A stretch of DNA of 64,000 bases from an uncultured bacterium (GCA_963705705.1 CAVPKK010000001.1:39421-103420); one strand, 5' to 3'. Positions 1 through 10,809 are shown, counted from the first letter of the stretch. The notes: generated from the sequence alone by a model not told the origin. Translations and numbers: made by a program.

Positions 1-378
1 ATGGTATTTTTCCCGGTAGCTGTACCAATGTTTGTAACTTTATACCATGCCACCCCGCCTGCTATTGCGGCATACCTACCATTGCTTGCGCCAACCTTGG
101 GCGCAATATTATCTGGTGCTGTGGTAGGAGCTCAAGTATCGCCAATCGCCGACAATGTAATAACCTCATCTCTTGCGACAGATACTAATGTTCTTTTGCA
201 TGTAAAAACGCAAATTCCGTATATCATTCCGGGCATTATCGCGACTGGTATTTCCTATTTGATTTCAGGATTTATGGTACCGACCATGCCACTACTCGGC
301 TGGCTGGTTTCATTAGTAACTGGACTTGCTCTTACGTTTGGCATGCTGCTTGTATTGAATGGACGAAAAATTAAATAA
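1..378 (+). CDS. Na+/H+ antiporter NhaC-family membrane protein, C-terminal part (truncated by window edge)
   Basis: Hydrophobic ORF with GAILSGAVVGAQVSPIADNVITSS...HVKTQIPY, matching the NhaC-family C-terminal GAxxGDxxSPISDxxxxSS...HVxTQxPY pattern. Confidence 0.7.
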   Translation: MVFFPVAVPMFVTLYHATPPAIAAYLPLLAPTLGAILSGAVVGAQVSPIADNVITSSLATDTNVLLHVKTQIPYIIPGIIATGISYLISGFMVPTMPLLGWLVSLVTGLALTFGMLLVLNGRKIK

Positions 379-400
379 TTTAAATATTGGATCTGGTATT

Positions 401-2404
401 TTATTCTGGTTCTTCTTTTTTTATCCGTTTACTTGGTTCTTCTTCTTCACCCCATAGCTGTCGTTTAGCTAAAAGGCGGCGTTGTTCTTCTTCTTCAGCC
501 TTTACTTTTCTTTCGCGGGTTCTAACAGCGGCAGCTTCCATATCGGCTATATTTTGTTCCGCTTGTTTTCGCAATTGCGGATTTGCATTCGGATCCGTAA
601 CAATCTGATTATAATAATCCCACGCAAACACAAAATCTTGTAATACACCTGGGCCGCCACGCATATATATATTACCGAGAAGTAGTTTGACATCTGGGCG
701 ATCTGCAATCGGCGCAAGATATCGCCGCGCCAAACCGAAATCCTGAATAACACCGTGGCCCCCGTTGTAAAAGATGTTACCAAGTAAATACCGAGCTTGG
801 GCCAGTTTAGCCGAACTAAGTTCGTTAGAATTTACCGCTGCTTCAAGATACATCACAGCATGTCCATAATTCTGTTGCTTATCATAAACTAACCCTAGAC
901 CATATCGTGCTTCCGCAGGCAGATCATTTGGTATTAATGGATGGCGCAAGACCTTATCAAAATAATTTTGCGCCCGCCTTAAACTTTCTGGATCCCCAAG
1001 ATTTAGATAATAATTCCCAAGAGACAGTTCGGCCCGAGCTTGAGAAACCCAATCCACCCCTTGTGCAGATACTGATTCCCAATAGCCGAGTGCCCGGGGC
1101 ACATCTCGTTGTACCCCATGTCCATACAAATACATTGTACCCAAGAAGAAACGTGCTTTTTGCAAAGCATTCCAAGAATTTGCTGGATCAGGATTATCAA
1201 TAACAGATTGGAAGTATCGCGCTGCTCGTGGATAGTCTTGCTCAACACCAAAGCCGCCCGTATAATAGATTTCACCAAGGAGCTCCTGCGCCTGCTGCCA
1301 GTAACCACCAGAACGTTCTCGCTGTATATGCTCAAAGATTTGGCTTGCCAGGGCATAATTTTTTGGGACGCCTTCACCTGCATAATAAATTTTCCCCAAT
1401 GAAAGCGTTTTGGCAGCCCTTTTATCGGGAGCTACGGTACTGCGATTTATTGAAGCAAGCAAAGTACCAATTCTTCGATTACGGGGAACACCACGAGGAA
1501 GAGTTAACTGCGGTATGGCAGCTTGCGGTTGGGCTGGAGCAGGCCGTGCCCGGGCGGGTTGCATTGGTGGCAGCAATACCTCTTGAACTTGAGATCGCGG
1601 TGCGGATACCCATTCACCGAGCCTCCGTTCACGGGCTTCTTTTTTGCGTGCCTCACTCATATTTTGATATTCATCAACTACTAATCGAGTCTCAGGGTTG
1701 TTTCTAAAATCGGTTTCAGAAAAAGCTAATTGAAATCCACGTGTCGGATGGTTTGGATCATAACTAAAATATAGAATATCTCCGCTTATGTTGAGATTAT
1801 TTATCGGGTTTGAAGGATGAACTACGCCAATTTTCCCCTTCAATGGATAATTATTACCAAAGCGCCATACATTAAATGAATAAGCATCGTAGTAATGAAT
1901 TAACATTTTGCCTGCTTTGTCATAGGTCACAACGCGGGCAATGATCATCGGGTCACCATGCTCTTGTTGTCGTTGCAATATCTCGTTATAGGTTTCATGC
2001 GTCAATGGTTCATTATCGGCAAGATTTAATTCTTCTCCTCGGCCGCGAACCAATGTACTCATTACAATAGGAATGGTTTGTGGTTGCGCGGGCTGCACTG
2101 CTGGTTCACTTTCTGGTTGAAGGGCCACGGCAGCTTCTTGTTTTTTTTCTTCCGCAGCTCGCTCTTCCATTAGAGATCTCAACGCATCGCCTTGGGGTGC
2201 TCCTACCGTGTGCAAGCGACGTATTGCATCCTCTACCAACTGGCGAACATAGGGAGTAATTGTCGGTGACTGATGTATGAGTTTTACCATTCTGTCATAG
2301 AGATTTAACAAATATGGTGCGATGGGTCGTCCGGGCGCTGGCGCTGAAGTAGCTACCAAAGATAGTGGCAAGCATAGGACGAAGAGTAAGTTAATTAGCT
2401 TCAT
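401..2404 (-). CDS. Secreted Sel1-like repeat protein with unknown N-terminal domain
   Basis: Repeated LGxxYxxGxGVxQDxxxA units; signal peptide MKLINLLFVLCLPLSLVA; start moved to ATG 2404, preceded by AAGGA. Confidence 0.85.
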   Translation of the reverse strand: MKLINLLFVLCLPLSLVATSAPAPGRPIAPYLLNLYDRMVKLIHQSPTITPYVRQLVEDAIRRLHTVGAPQGDALRSLMEERAAEEKKQEAAVALQPESEPAVQPAQPQTIPIVMSTLVRGRGEELNLADNEPLTHETYNEILQRQQEHGDPMIIARVVTYDKAGKMLIHYYDAYSFNVWRFGNNYPLKGKIGVVHPSNPINNLNISGDILYFSYDPNHPTRGFQLAFSETDFRNNPETRLVVDEYQNMSEARKKEARERRLGEWVSAPRSQVQEVLLPPMQPARARPAPAQPQAAIPQLTLPRGVPRNRRIGTLLASINRSTVAPDKRAAKTLSLGKIYYAGEGVPKNYALASQIFEHIQRERSGGYWQQAQELLGEIYYTGGFGVEQDYPRAARYFQSVIDNPDPANSWNALQKARFFLGTMYLYGHGVQRDVPRALGYWESVSAQGVDWVSQARAELSLGNYYLNLGDPESLRRAQNYFDKVLRHPLIPNDLPAEARYGLGLVYDKQQNYGHAVMYLEAAVNSNELSSAKLAQARYLLGNIFYNGGHGVIQDFGLARRYLAPIADRPDVKLLLGNIYMRGGPGVLQDFVFAWDYYNQIVTDPNANPQLRKQAEQNIADMEAAAVRTRERKVKAEEEEQRRLLAKRQLWGEEEEPSKRIKKEEPE

Positions 2405-2502
2405 CGGATCCTTTTGTTGTATACATTGCATTGTATATACAGCTTAAAGGATCGGAGCCGGCCAAAACAATAGTTGTTGATGATTCGTAAAGAAAAATAT
2501 AA

Positions 2503-3273
2503 TTATGGAAATACGTGAAGAGTTACGCGGTCATTTTGTGTTTTGAACCATTCTTTATAATCTTTTGAATGCTCTTCAATCCATTTTAATGCTTCAGCCT
2601 TATCGTGCTCAAAAATCTTTTTCCACGAATTGATTTCACCAAAACAAGAGCACCCGTCATCACTCTTCTGACCAAGTTCATAGGCTTCGATAATATCTTG
2701 TTCGTCATGCCCAAGGAGATGGCGTTTTAAATATTGGTTCTGAAGCCTGAGATATGTGGACTTATAAAATAATATTGCATTCCTTTCTCCCTCAGGTAAA
2801 TACAATAGTGAGTTATGCGATAAAGCAAATTCAATTAATGAAAAATTTGCGATTTCCTCTTGCGTCAGTTCTCGTGTAGGAAATAGCATATGCGTGATAT
2901 GCAGCTCATTAAACAGTAATCGCATCGCCCTTTCTTTCAGTAAGGCATTCAGTTTGGGGCGGCCCTCATCACCATCTAATAGCCAAACCTTCTTATAACC
3001 GGCTACCAGGTGGGCAATAATCGGCTCAATTTCTTTTTCGCCCATTGCAGCCGCATTCAGGCCTTCTTCTTCACACGTTAATGTGCGGCATTGTTCTGGA
3101 GACGGTTGATATTTTTGGATTAATCGTAAAAAACGTTGCCGTGCATCCGCAGTTAACATCTGAGCGATATCAGGTCTCATGGCAGAAAGTTTTGGGGTGG
3201 TTATCGGAATGACCTGCGTAGCAGACAACGATAAAGAAAATACTGAAACAATTGAGGTTACGATTTTTTTCAT
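2503..3273 (-). CDS. Hypothetical secreted protein
   Basis: 256-aa ORF with signal-peptide-like MKKIVTSIVSVFSLSLSA. Confidence 0.7.
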   Translation of the reverse strand: MKKIVTSIVSVFSLSLSATQVIPITTPKLSAMRPDIAQMLTADARQRFLRLIQKYQPSPEQCRTLTCEEEGLNAAAMGEKEIEPIIAHLVAGYKKVWLLDGDEGRPKLNALLKERAMRLLFNELHITHMLFPTRELTQEEIANFSLIEFALSHNSLLYLPEGERNAILFYKSTYLRLQNQYLKRHLLGHDEQDIIEAYELGQKSDDGCSCFGEINSWKKIFEHDKAEALKWIEEHSKDYKEWFKTQNDRVTLHVFP

Positions 3274-3404
3274 TTTTACTTTCCTTTATGTTAAACCTTA
3301 TTCTTATAATACTGGATCAGCTTGGGCAATAGCAAGCCTTTCCCGCAATGCAAAAGATTTCGATATTGATAAGCTACCTTTCCCTAATACAGATAAGGAA
3401 ATAG

Positions 3405-4649
3405 ATGATTAGACGAGTTACCGGCACCCAAGACTTTTTAGACTTAACCTTACTTAATTTCATTCTTGAGCAATCCAAGAAATATCTAAAACTTCACCAC
3501 TTCTCAGAAATTATGGTGCCAATTTTAGAGCCAACAGAACTTTTCAAACGATCGCTTGGCGTAGAAACCGATGTGGTAAAAAAAGAGATGTATCTCATCT
3601 CAGGGCACGAAGATATTTGTTTACGTCCTGAAGCTACTGCATCAACAGCCCGCGCCTTTGTAGAAAACGGGATACAAACAACGCCCTGGAAAGTTTTTAC
3701 CTGGGGGCCCATGTTTCGTCACGAACGGCCACAAAAAGGTAGGTACCGGCAATTCCATCAGTTAAGCATCGAGGTGATAGGTACGAATGCGATTGCCCAA
3801 GATGTGGAAGTTATCACCCTTCTCGATCGTCTATTTTCACAAATTCTTGCCTTTGATTCATATGCGTTGCTTATCAACTTTTTGGGCTGCCATGAAGATC
3901 GCGATGCTTTTAAAGTTGAGCTTCGAAAATTTTTAGAACTGCACGCAAATGAAATCTGCGATACCTGCAAAGTGCGCATGAATACTAATATTATGCGTGT
4001 CTTTGATTGCAAAAATGAGCATGATAAACAGCTCTATACTCAAGCACCACAAATTATTAAACATCTTTGCAAAATATGCGAAGCAGAATGGCAAGAACTT
4101 CAAGAGCTTCTTGAGCTTCTCAGCGTTTCATTTCATGTACAACCAACTTTAGTTCGTGGATTAGATTATTACCAAAAAACCGTCTTTGAATTTGTATCTG
4201 GAAACCTTGGCGCACAGAATGCCTTCTGCGGCGGCGGGCGATATCACAAGCTAGTAGAAATTGTCGGGGCGAAAGAAGACCAGCCGTGCGTTGGTGCAGC
4301 CATTGGCATAGAACGATTATTGCTGATGCTTGAACTAATAAAAGATAAATTGCCATTGCCACAGCAACCAGCAATTCAGGCGGTTATCCCTGTTGAAAAA
4401 GCGCAGCATGCAATCGCTTTGCTGGTTGGGCAAGAGCTCATTAAACATGGTATTTGTGCCCAGGTCATGATTGAAAACGATTCGCTTAAAAGCATGATGC
4501 GCCAAGCCAATAGAATTGGCGCTCAACATGCCATCATCATTGGCACTGATGAACAGGCTAAAAAAGAAGCGCGCGTTAAGAATATGATGACGGGTGAAGA
4601 GCAAAGTGTGAAACAGGCTGAGTTAGTCCAGTTTTTGGGTAAAAATTAG
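3405..4649 (+). CDS. hisS: Histidine--tRNA ligase
   Basis: LRPEATAS, FRHERPQKGRYRQFHQ, LVRGLDYY, GGGRY and GIERL motifs. Confidence 0.98.
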   Translation: MIRRVTGTQDFLDLTLLNFILEQSKKYLKLHHFSEIMVPILEPTELFKRSLGVETDVVKKEMYLISGHEDICLRPEATASTARAFVENGIQTTPWKVFTWGPMFRHERPQKGRYRQFHQLSIEVIGTNAIAQDVEVITLLDRLFSQILAFDSYALLINFLGCHEDRDAFKVELRKFLELHANEICDTCKVRMNTNIMRVFDCKNEHDKQLYTQAPQIIKHLCKICEAEWQELQELLELLSVSFHVQPTLVRGLDYYQKTVFEFVSGNLGAQNAFCGGGRYHKLVEIVGAKEDQPCVGAAIGIERLLLMLELIKDKLPLPQQPAIQAVIPVEKAQHAIALLVGQELIKHGICAQVMIENDSLKSMMRQANRIGAQHAIIIGTDEQAKKEARVKNMMTGEEQSVKQAELVQFLGKN

Positions 4650-4810
4650 ATACGTAAACTAGTTCGTTAACAAAGCAAGCAAACGCAGCAGAGTGTGGAC
4701 TGTATCAAAAGTTGAGTTTCTTGCGGTCATTTCAGTAAAAACTCTTGATTTTTACCAGCACGACCTGCTACCTTTAAATCATGATATGACAACAACATTA
4801 AAAGGATATC

Positions 4811-5932
4811 ATGATCAAGAGGAACATATTTCTGCTATTGCTCAGCTTTGTCTGTTCAGCACAGGCCATTTCTTTCCGCGATTATTATCATGGCAATGCG
4901 GAATTAGGGATCCCATCACATGAAAAAGACATTGTTGAAGCGGTTAGATTAGGCTCATTGAATTTAAACAATAAAGACCTTACTGATTTGATTGGCTTCA
5001 ATGAGATTCCTGGCCTTAACTTGCTTCGAACGCTTTTTCTCAACAAAAATCAGTTCTCTATTCTTCCGGAAAATATTTTCGATGGCCTAACTTCACTTCA
5101 GGAGCTCTACCTCTCCAATAACCAGCTCAATATGCTTCCTGAGAATATCTTCCGTCGCCTAACTGCACTTAAAATACTTGTGCTCTACAAGAATCAGCTC
5201 ATTATGCTTTCAGAGAATATTTTCCATGGCCTAATTTCACTTCAGGCGCTTAATCTCGAGAATAACCAACTTATTGCGCTCCCGGGGAATATCTTCAGTG
5301 ACTTGCCTGCGCTTCGATTGCTTTATCTCGGCGACAATCCAATACCTTTAAGCCAAGCACAATTACGTAAGGAACTAAGATTGCCAGCCAATGTTTTGCT
5401 GGAATTTAAAACTCAAAAACAAGAGCGAGCAGAACAGGAACTGTTCAGATCCATTGAGAATGCGGATGTCTCAACATTGCGTAAGCGACTTGAAGCTATC
5501 AAACGCCGCAATATTCTCGGGCCTAAGATGCATACAATAGACATATCAAAAATACGAGATTCCCATGGCGATAATCTATTGCATGCGGCAATAAGAGATG
5601 CAGCCAAAAGAATTGGCATTGTAAATGCTATGACTATTGGTTTGCCAGAGAAGGAAAAGGCGGCGGCTAAAGAAGTTCAAGCTGAACAAAAAGCAAAGAT
5701 TAATCAGAAGTACATGAAAATAATAAGCGTTATTCTCTCATGTGGCGAAAAATGCGTTCAAGAAATGCTCTTTACGCCCAATGCTGAAGGTGAACAAGTT
5801 ATTGATGCAATAATCGCCAAACTTGGATTAGATAGTCCAATATATACGGCGATAATCGACGCACTAACTCAAGCAAAAGAAGAGGAAAAGAAAGAAAAAG
5901 AACAAGAAACACAGGCCAAACATGAACTATAA
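4811..5932 (+). CDS. Secreted leucine-rich-repeat protein with ankyrin-like C-terminal region (copy 1)
   Basis: Signal peptide; 24-aa LRRs LxxLxLxxNQLxxLPENIFxGL; ankyrin-like DSHGDNLLHAAIR. Confidence 0.88.
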   Translation: MIKRNIFLLLLSFVCSAQAISFRDYYHGNAELGIPSHEKDIVEAVRLGSLNLNNKDLTDLIGFNEIPGLNLLRTLFLNKNQFSILPENIFDGLTSLQELYLSNNQLNMLPENIFRRLTALKILVLYKNQLIMLSENIFHGLISLQALNLENNQLIALPGNIFSDLPALRLLYLGDNPIPLSQAQLRKELRLPANVLLEFKTQKQERAEQELFRSIENADVSTLRKRLEAIKRRNILGPKMHTIDISKIRDSHGDNLLHAAIRDAAKRIGIVNAMTIGLPEKEKAAAKEVQAEQKAKINQKYMKIISVILSCGEKCVQEMLFTPNAEGEQVIDAIIAKLGLDSPIYTAIIDALTQAKEEEKKEKEQETQAKHEL

Positions 5933-7025
5933 AAATACTATATTTCTACTATTGCTTAGCTTAGGCGGCTCTGCACAAGCCATTTCCTTCCGGGATTATT
6001 ACCGAGGCAATGCGGATTTGGAAATCCGGCCACACGAGAAAGAAATTAATGATGCAGTTGCATCAGGCACATTGAACTTAGACAACAAACATCTCACTGA
6101 TTTATCTGGCTTCAATGAGGTTCCTGGCCTAACTGCACTTCGAACTCTTTATCTCTCCTTCAACCAGCTTACTTCACTCCCACAGAATATCTTTCATGAT
6201 TTAACTGGTCTTCGATCACTTTATCTTTACAACAACCAGCTCACTGAACTACCAGAGAACATATTTCATGGCCTGACTAGGCTTCAATCTCTGTATCTCT
6301 ACCATAATCAGCTCGCTGCACTCCAAGAAAACGTCTTTCAGGGTCTAACAGCACTTCAAACCATTGATCTTTCTTATAATCAGTTCACTTCAATGACAGC
6401 CAATATCTTTCGAGGTCTACCTAGACTTCAAAATCTTTATCTCGCCAACAACCCAATATCTTTAAACTCAGCACAATTGCGCAAAAAATTAGGATTGCCA
6501 GCCTATGTTTCACCTCATTTTAAAACGCCGGAGCAAAAGCAAATAGAACGAAGTTTATTCGCATCAATTGAGAATGCTGATGTTTCGAGATTGCGCCAAC
6601 GATTGTATGACATCCAAGTAGGCAAGGTACGCGCGCCGGAGCGAGGTTTTATAGATATCTCAAAGATACGGAATGCCAAGGGTGATAATCTGTTGCATGC
6701 TGCCATACGCGAAGCAGCCAAAAGAATTGGCATTGTACAAGCTATGACTGTTGGGCTGCCAGAAAAAGAAAAAGTTGAAGCGAGAGAAGTACAAGCCGAA
6801 CAAAAAGCAACAATTAATGATCGCTATATGAAAATAATAAGCGTCATTCTGTCATGCGGTGAGGAATGCGTTCAAGATATGCTCTTTACACCCAATGCCC
6901 AAGGCGAACAAGTTATTGATGCAATAGTCGCCAAACTTGGATTGGATAGTCCGATATATGAAGCGATAATCAAAGGGCTGACACCTGAAGAATCCCCCGC
7001 TGCCACATCAGCCACCGACCATTAA
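5922..7025 (+). CDS. Secreted leucine-rich-repeat protein with ankyrin-like C-terminal region (copy 2)
   Basis: Tandem paralog of 4811..5932 (shared SAQAISFRDYY and GDNLLHAAIR...YMKIISVILSCGE); 24-aa LRRs. Confidence 0.88.
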   Translation: MNYKNTIFLLLLSLGGSAQAISFRDYYRGNADLEIRPHEKEINDAVASGTLNLDNKHLTDLSGFNEVPGLTALRTLYLSFNQLTSLPQNIFHDLTGLRSLYLYNNQLTELPENIFHGLTRLQSLYLYHNQLAALQENVFQGLTALQTIDLSYNQFTSMTANIFRGLPRLQNLYLANNPISLNSAQLRKKLGLPAYVSPHFKTPEQKQIERSLFASIENADVSRLRQRLYDIQVGKVRAPERGFIDISKIRNAKGDNLLHAAIREAAKRIGIVQAMTVGLPEKEKVEAREVQAEQKATINDRYMKIISVILSCGEECVQDMLFTPNAQGEQVIDAIVAKLGLDSPIYEAIIKGLTPEESPAATSATDH

Positions 7026-8270
7026 TTTCTCAATTTCATCGGCGGAGCTTGGTAATTGTTCACTTAGGCATACATTGCCACCGTTGACGATCCAATAATT
7101 ATCTTCGATGCGTACGCCAAGTTCTTCTTGCGGCAGATAGATACCAGGTTCAATAGTAATTACATCGCCCTCTTGCAATGGTTCAGCCGAAGAGCCAACA
7201 TCATGGACATCTAGGCCAAGGAAGTGCCCGATACCATGAGGCAACTCATAATTAGCTTTTTCTTTCAAAAATGCCCGAGCCAGATGATTTAATGATTTAT
7301 CGGGCTCGTCTTTATTATTCAACCAATACCCAGGCGCTGCTATACCGGCAATAAACTGTTGGCAATCGAGCACGATGTTATATACCTCGCGTTGTCGGTC
7401 AGAAAATTTGCCGCCGACCGGAAAGGTTCTTGTTAAATCAGCACAATATTGATCATACATGGCACCAATATCGACTACTACCAGATCACCCTTTTTCATT
7501 TGCCGATTATTTTCTCGGTAGTGAAGCACCGTTGAGTTTATGCCTGAGCCTACAATGCTGGGAAACGCTGCGCCTTGTGAACCAGCTTCAGTAAATACAT
7601 ATTCAAGTGCTGCCTGCACTTGGTATTCATAATTATCTGGTTTTATTACCCGGCTGGCGCCTTCATGGGCCATCATCGTGACATCAACTGCTTGATAAAG
7701 CGCTTCAATCTCCGATGAATCTTTTTTCCGGCGCAGTTTAGCAATTTGGGGTGCAGCATCATGCCAATGAAGATTGGGAATATAATTTGCCAATTGGTTC
7801 AACATGAACCGCTGTTCCATAAGCATGCATTTTGAAATCGTAAATAAATGGCGAGACTGCTCTACCGAACTGCGCAATCGTGCTAATAGCTGTTCATATT
7901 CTTCTGGATGTAAGAGCGGGCAGATTTCGAATGTTTTGCTTAATGCGCCTAAGAGTTTGATTTCAGCAACCTGAATCTGCTGAGCTACTTCTTCGGTCGG
8001 CAATAACCAGGTATGCATCCAAACGGCACGCTTGTCGCCATAATTGGGTAAATACAAAGTTGCTCTGCCATCAAGCTCTAACCATAAAATAGTTGCGGGC
8101 TCTTGGATGCCCGTAAAATAGTAAAAGGAACTATCTTGGCGGTAACGATAATGTTCATGTTCGAAGCCGGCGAAAAGAATAACGGCGCCTTGTTCAACGC
8201 CGAATGAAGTTTTGAGTATGTCGACGAGGGCGGCTCGTCTTTGGGCGAAAATTGAAAAGTCGGTAATCAT
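7008..8270 (-). CDS. pepP: Xaa-Pro aminopeptidase (M24B)
   Basis: RQDSSFYYFTG N-terminal motif; DIGA..YCADLTRT, HGIGHFLGLDVHD, TIEPGIY and GVRIED metal-binding motifs. Confidence 0.93.
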   Translation of the reverse strand: MITDFSIFAQRRAALVDILKTSFGVEQGAVILFAGFEHEHYRYRQDSSFYYFTGIQEPATILWLELDGRATLYLPNYGDKRAVWMHTWLLPTEEVAQQIQVAEIKLLGALSKTFEICPLLHPEEYEQLLARLRSSVEQSRHLFTISKCMLMEQRFMLNQLANYIPNLHWHDAAPQIAKLRRKKDSSEIEALYQAVDVTMMAHEGASRVIKPDNYEYQVQAALEYVFTEAGSQGAAFPSIVGSGINSTVLHYRENNRQMKKGDLVVVDIGAMYDQYCADLTRTFPVGGKFSDRQREVYNIVLDCQQFIAGIAAPGYWLNNKDEPDKSLNHLARAFLKEKANYELPHGIGHFLGLDVHDVGSSAEPLQEGDVITIEPGIYLPQEELGVRIEDNYWIVNGGNVCLSEQLPSSADEIEKLMVGG

Positions 8271-8328
8271 GAATTCTCTTTTTTTAAAGGATGAATTTTA
8301 TTTTTATATTACGGATAAAGTGGTCTTC

Positions 8329-8363
8329 GCGCTCTGATCCTTCGATTAACTCAGGATGAGCGC
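8329..8363. repeat. Short palindromic REP-like repeat, intergenic copy
   Basis: GCGCTC..ATCCT-TCGATTAACTC-AGGAT-GAGCGC hairpin; core ATCCTTCGA..CTCAGGATGAGCG recurs at 44328-44356. Confidence 0.6.
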
Positions 8364-8406
8364 AGTTTAAGTATCTTTTACCACAACTAATAAAGTAATG
8401 TAATTG

Positions 8407-9045
8407 TCAGAACGGCCGGCGTTCGGAAAGCGCTTTAAATACAGTCAACCTATCCATATATTCCAATGATGAACCAACTGGAATGCCCCGTGCAAGGCAC
8501 GTTACTTTAATGGGGGCTTTTCCAATCTGATCTTGTGCGCCACCAGATAATTTAATCTTATGGATTTGGGAAGAAATAAAGGCAGCCGTTGCCTCGCCTT
8601 CGGGTGTCTGATTCGTTGCCAAAATGACCTCATCAATTTCATTGGCAGAAACCCGTGCAATCAATTCCTTAATAGTAAGATCATCGGGATTAATACCATC
8701 GAGTGGGCTAATGGCGCCGCCGAGTACATGGTACACACCTTGGTAGCCACCGGTTTTTTCGATAGCAATAAGTTCTTGCCAGGTTTCGACTACACAAATG
8801 ATTTTTTTATTGCGTCGTGGCGACTGGCAAAAAAGGCAATTACGATCTTTTTCTACCCAGGTAAAGCATTGCGGGCAATGGATAATATTCTCTTTTGCTG
8901 CTTGGATTGCATGGCAAAATTGCTCAGCTCGCTTAGCATCCATTGATAAAAAATAGGATGCTACCCGATAAATATTTTTTGAAGCAAGATATGGTACTTG
9001 CTGCAGTTGTTTGAGGAGAACTTGAAGTGATGGTACATCATTCAT
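8407..9045 (-). CDS. recR: Recombination protein RecR
   Basis: C4 zinc finger, ICVVE, YHVLGGAISPLDG, EVILATNQTPEGEATA, LARGIPVG. Confidence 0.96.
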   Translation of the reverse strand: MNDVPSLQVLLKQLQQVPYLASKNIYRVASYFLSMDAKRAEQFCHAIQAAKENIIHCPQCFTWVEKDRNCLFCQSPRRNKKIICVVETWQELIAIEKTGGYQGVYHVLGGAISPLDGINPDDLTIKELIARVSANEIDEVILATNQTPEGEATAAFISSQIHKIKLSGGAQDQIGKAPIKVTCLARGIPVGSSLEYMDRLTVFKALSERRPF

Positions 9046-9054
9046 AATAAGACT

Positions 9055-10590
9055 TTATGCCATACGTCTAAATATAATCGGCGCGGCGCCGACAATAGTG
9101 CTCACAATAAAGAACAATGACAATCCGGCTGAAAATCCTACAGCGAAGGCGCCGAAGAACAATGCCATAATTACACCTTGAACACGCTGCTGTTTTTCAC
9201 CAGCCGTTATGGTCGTCAACAAGAATGATCCGGCAACCAATACTGGCAAAATATAATATGGATCCTTAGCAGAAAGGTCGCGCATCCAGAGGAAAGGCGC
9301 ACGATAGAGCTCAATTGATGACGATAATACACGGTTCATAGCAAAGAAGATCGGTAATTGTAGCAATAATGGTAAACAACCGGCGCCAAATCCGCTCAAG
9401 CTTGCCAAACCATACTTTTGTATTAAGGCATTTTGTTCACGTTGCAATGCTTCAGGATCATCCTTATAGCGTTGCTTTAAATATGCCATCTTTTTTTGCA
9501 TCTCTTGCGCTTGTTGGGCAGTTTTTGTTGAACGCATTGAAAGTGGTAACAAAAGCAATCGCAGCAATAAAGTAAATATAATTATTGACCAGCCAAAGCT
9601 ATGCAGATAATGTGCAAGCCATTTTAGAATCATGAGCATTGGCTTCGCCATGAATCCAAGCCAACCATAATCAAGTGTATCGACTAACCGTGGATCAACG
9701 GCGACCAAGGCCTCATGCTCTTTTGGTCCAATGAAGAATGAAAGTTGCCAACTCATACTTTTTGAAACCGTTGGGCCTTCGAGAATAGGGTATACGTTCT
9801 CAACCCCTACACGATAATAGGTTCGTTGCACAAAATGTTGTGGATCAGCAAAAAGAGCATGTAGAAAATAACGGTCTTCGGCGCCAAAACCTGTCGGTGC
9901 CAACCAAAAGCTATCATTAAGTCTTTCGCGATAACCTACAAGACCATATTTAGTGATTGAGCGATTTTCTTCTATAACCCCCGATACACTTTCCGGTTTG
10001 GTATGATCAAATAGATACGGGCTGGCGAAGATTAATCGTGGCTTAATAGATCCGCCCTCATGGGGAGTGACCGTTAATACTACATCAATTTTGTAGGCGT
10101 CTTTATCAATAATGAATAGCTTTTCGATGGAGCCTGCTTTGGTTGTAGCATGATACTGTACGCGAACCTGCTTTTCATTTTCGTTCAATTCACCAAGCGT
10201 ATAGAAATATGGAGTGTACTCATTCAATGCAACTAAAAAGAAGGCTTTTTCGCGATCAACTTCTGGTTTTGGATGAATAGTTTCTAGATCAATAATTACA
10301 CCGTCGGTTTTACGCTGATAGATTGCCGAGGTTAGCGCCGCACCATGATTTGAAAAATCTAGTTGGCCATAGTTGGTTTTAACCGTTGTGCGTTGTTCGG
10401 GTACCGCTTCACCTTCAGCAAAGTTTACTTCACGATTAAGTGGCTCTTTTTTTAGCTCTTCCGATTTGGGTGCTTCAAAACGTTGGCCTGGCGTTTCAGC
10501 TGATGGCTGTTGCGGCCCCATGTACCATTGAATGGCCCAAGTTACGCCGAGTGCTAAAACAACAGGAATGATAAGATCGCGTATATTCAT
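9055..10590 (-). CDS. yidC: Membrane protein insertase YidC
   Basis: N-terminal TM segment, periplasmic domain, DYGW, GWSIIIFT, GCLPLLLQLPIFFA, FLWMRDLSAKDPYYILP. Confidence 0.95.
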   Translation of the reverse strand: MNIRDLIIPVVLALGVTWAIQWYMGPQQPSAETPGQRFEAPKSEELKKEPLNREVNFAEGEAVPEQRTTVKTNYGQLDFSNHGAALTSAIYQRKTDGVIIDLETIHPKPEVDREKAFFLVALNEYTPYFYTLGELNENEKQVRVQYHATTKAGSIEKLFIIDKDAYKIDVVLTVTPHEGGSIKPRLIFASPYLFDHTKPESVSGVIEENRSITKYGLVGYRERLNDSFWLAPTGFGAEDRYFLHALFADPQHFVQRTYYRVGVENVYPILEGPTVSKSMSWQLSFFIGPKEHEALVAVDPRLVDTLDYGWLGFMAKPMLMILKWLAHYLHSFGWSIIIFTLLLRLLLLPLSMRSTKTAQQAQEMQKKMAYLKQRYKDDPEALQREQNALIQKYGLASLSGFGAGCLPLLLQLPIFFAMNRVLSSSIELYRAPFLWMRDLSAKDPYYILPVLVAGSFLLTTITAGEKQQRVQGVIMALFFGAFAVGFSAGLSLFFIVSTIVGAAPIIFRRMA

Positions 10591-10809
10591 GTAAGCTCCG
10601 GAAAATTATATAAAGGACGGGTAGCTTAGCAGATTTACTCGATACATGAAGGTCAAAAAGATGATGGCATAAGCATTAAAGACTACTCTCTTCTTTGCAA
10701 ACTGACGTTTGGCTTCTGCATACTAGAGTAACAACAAAAAAGGGCGATTAGCCTAACTAGCAAATATCATTAATATATTTGGGCATTTCAACTTACTAAT
10801 TGTGGCTGC

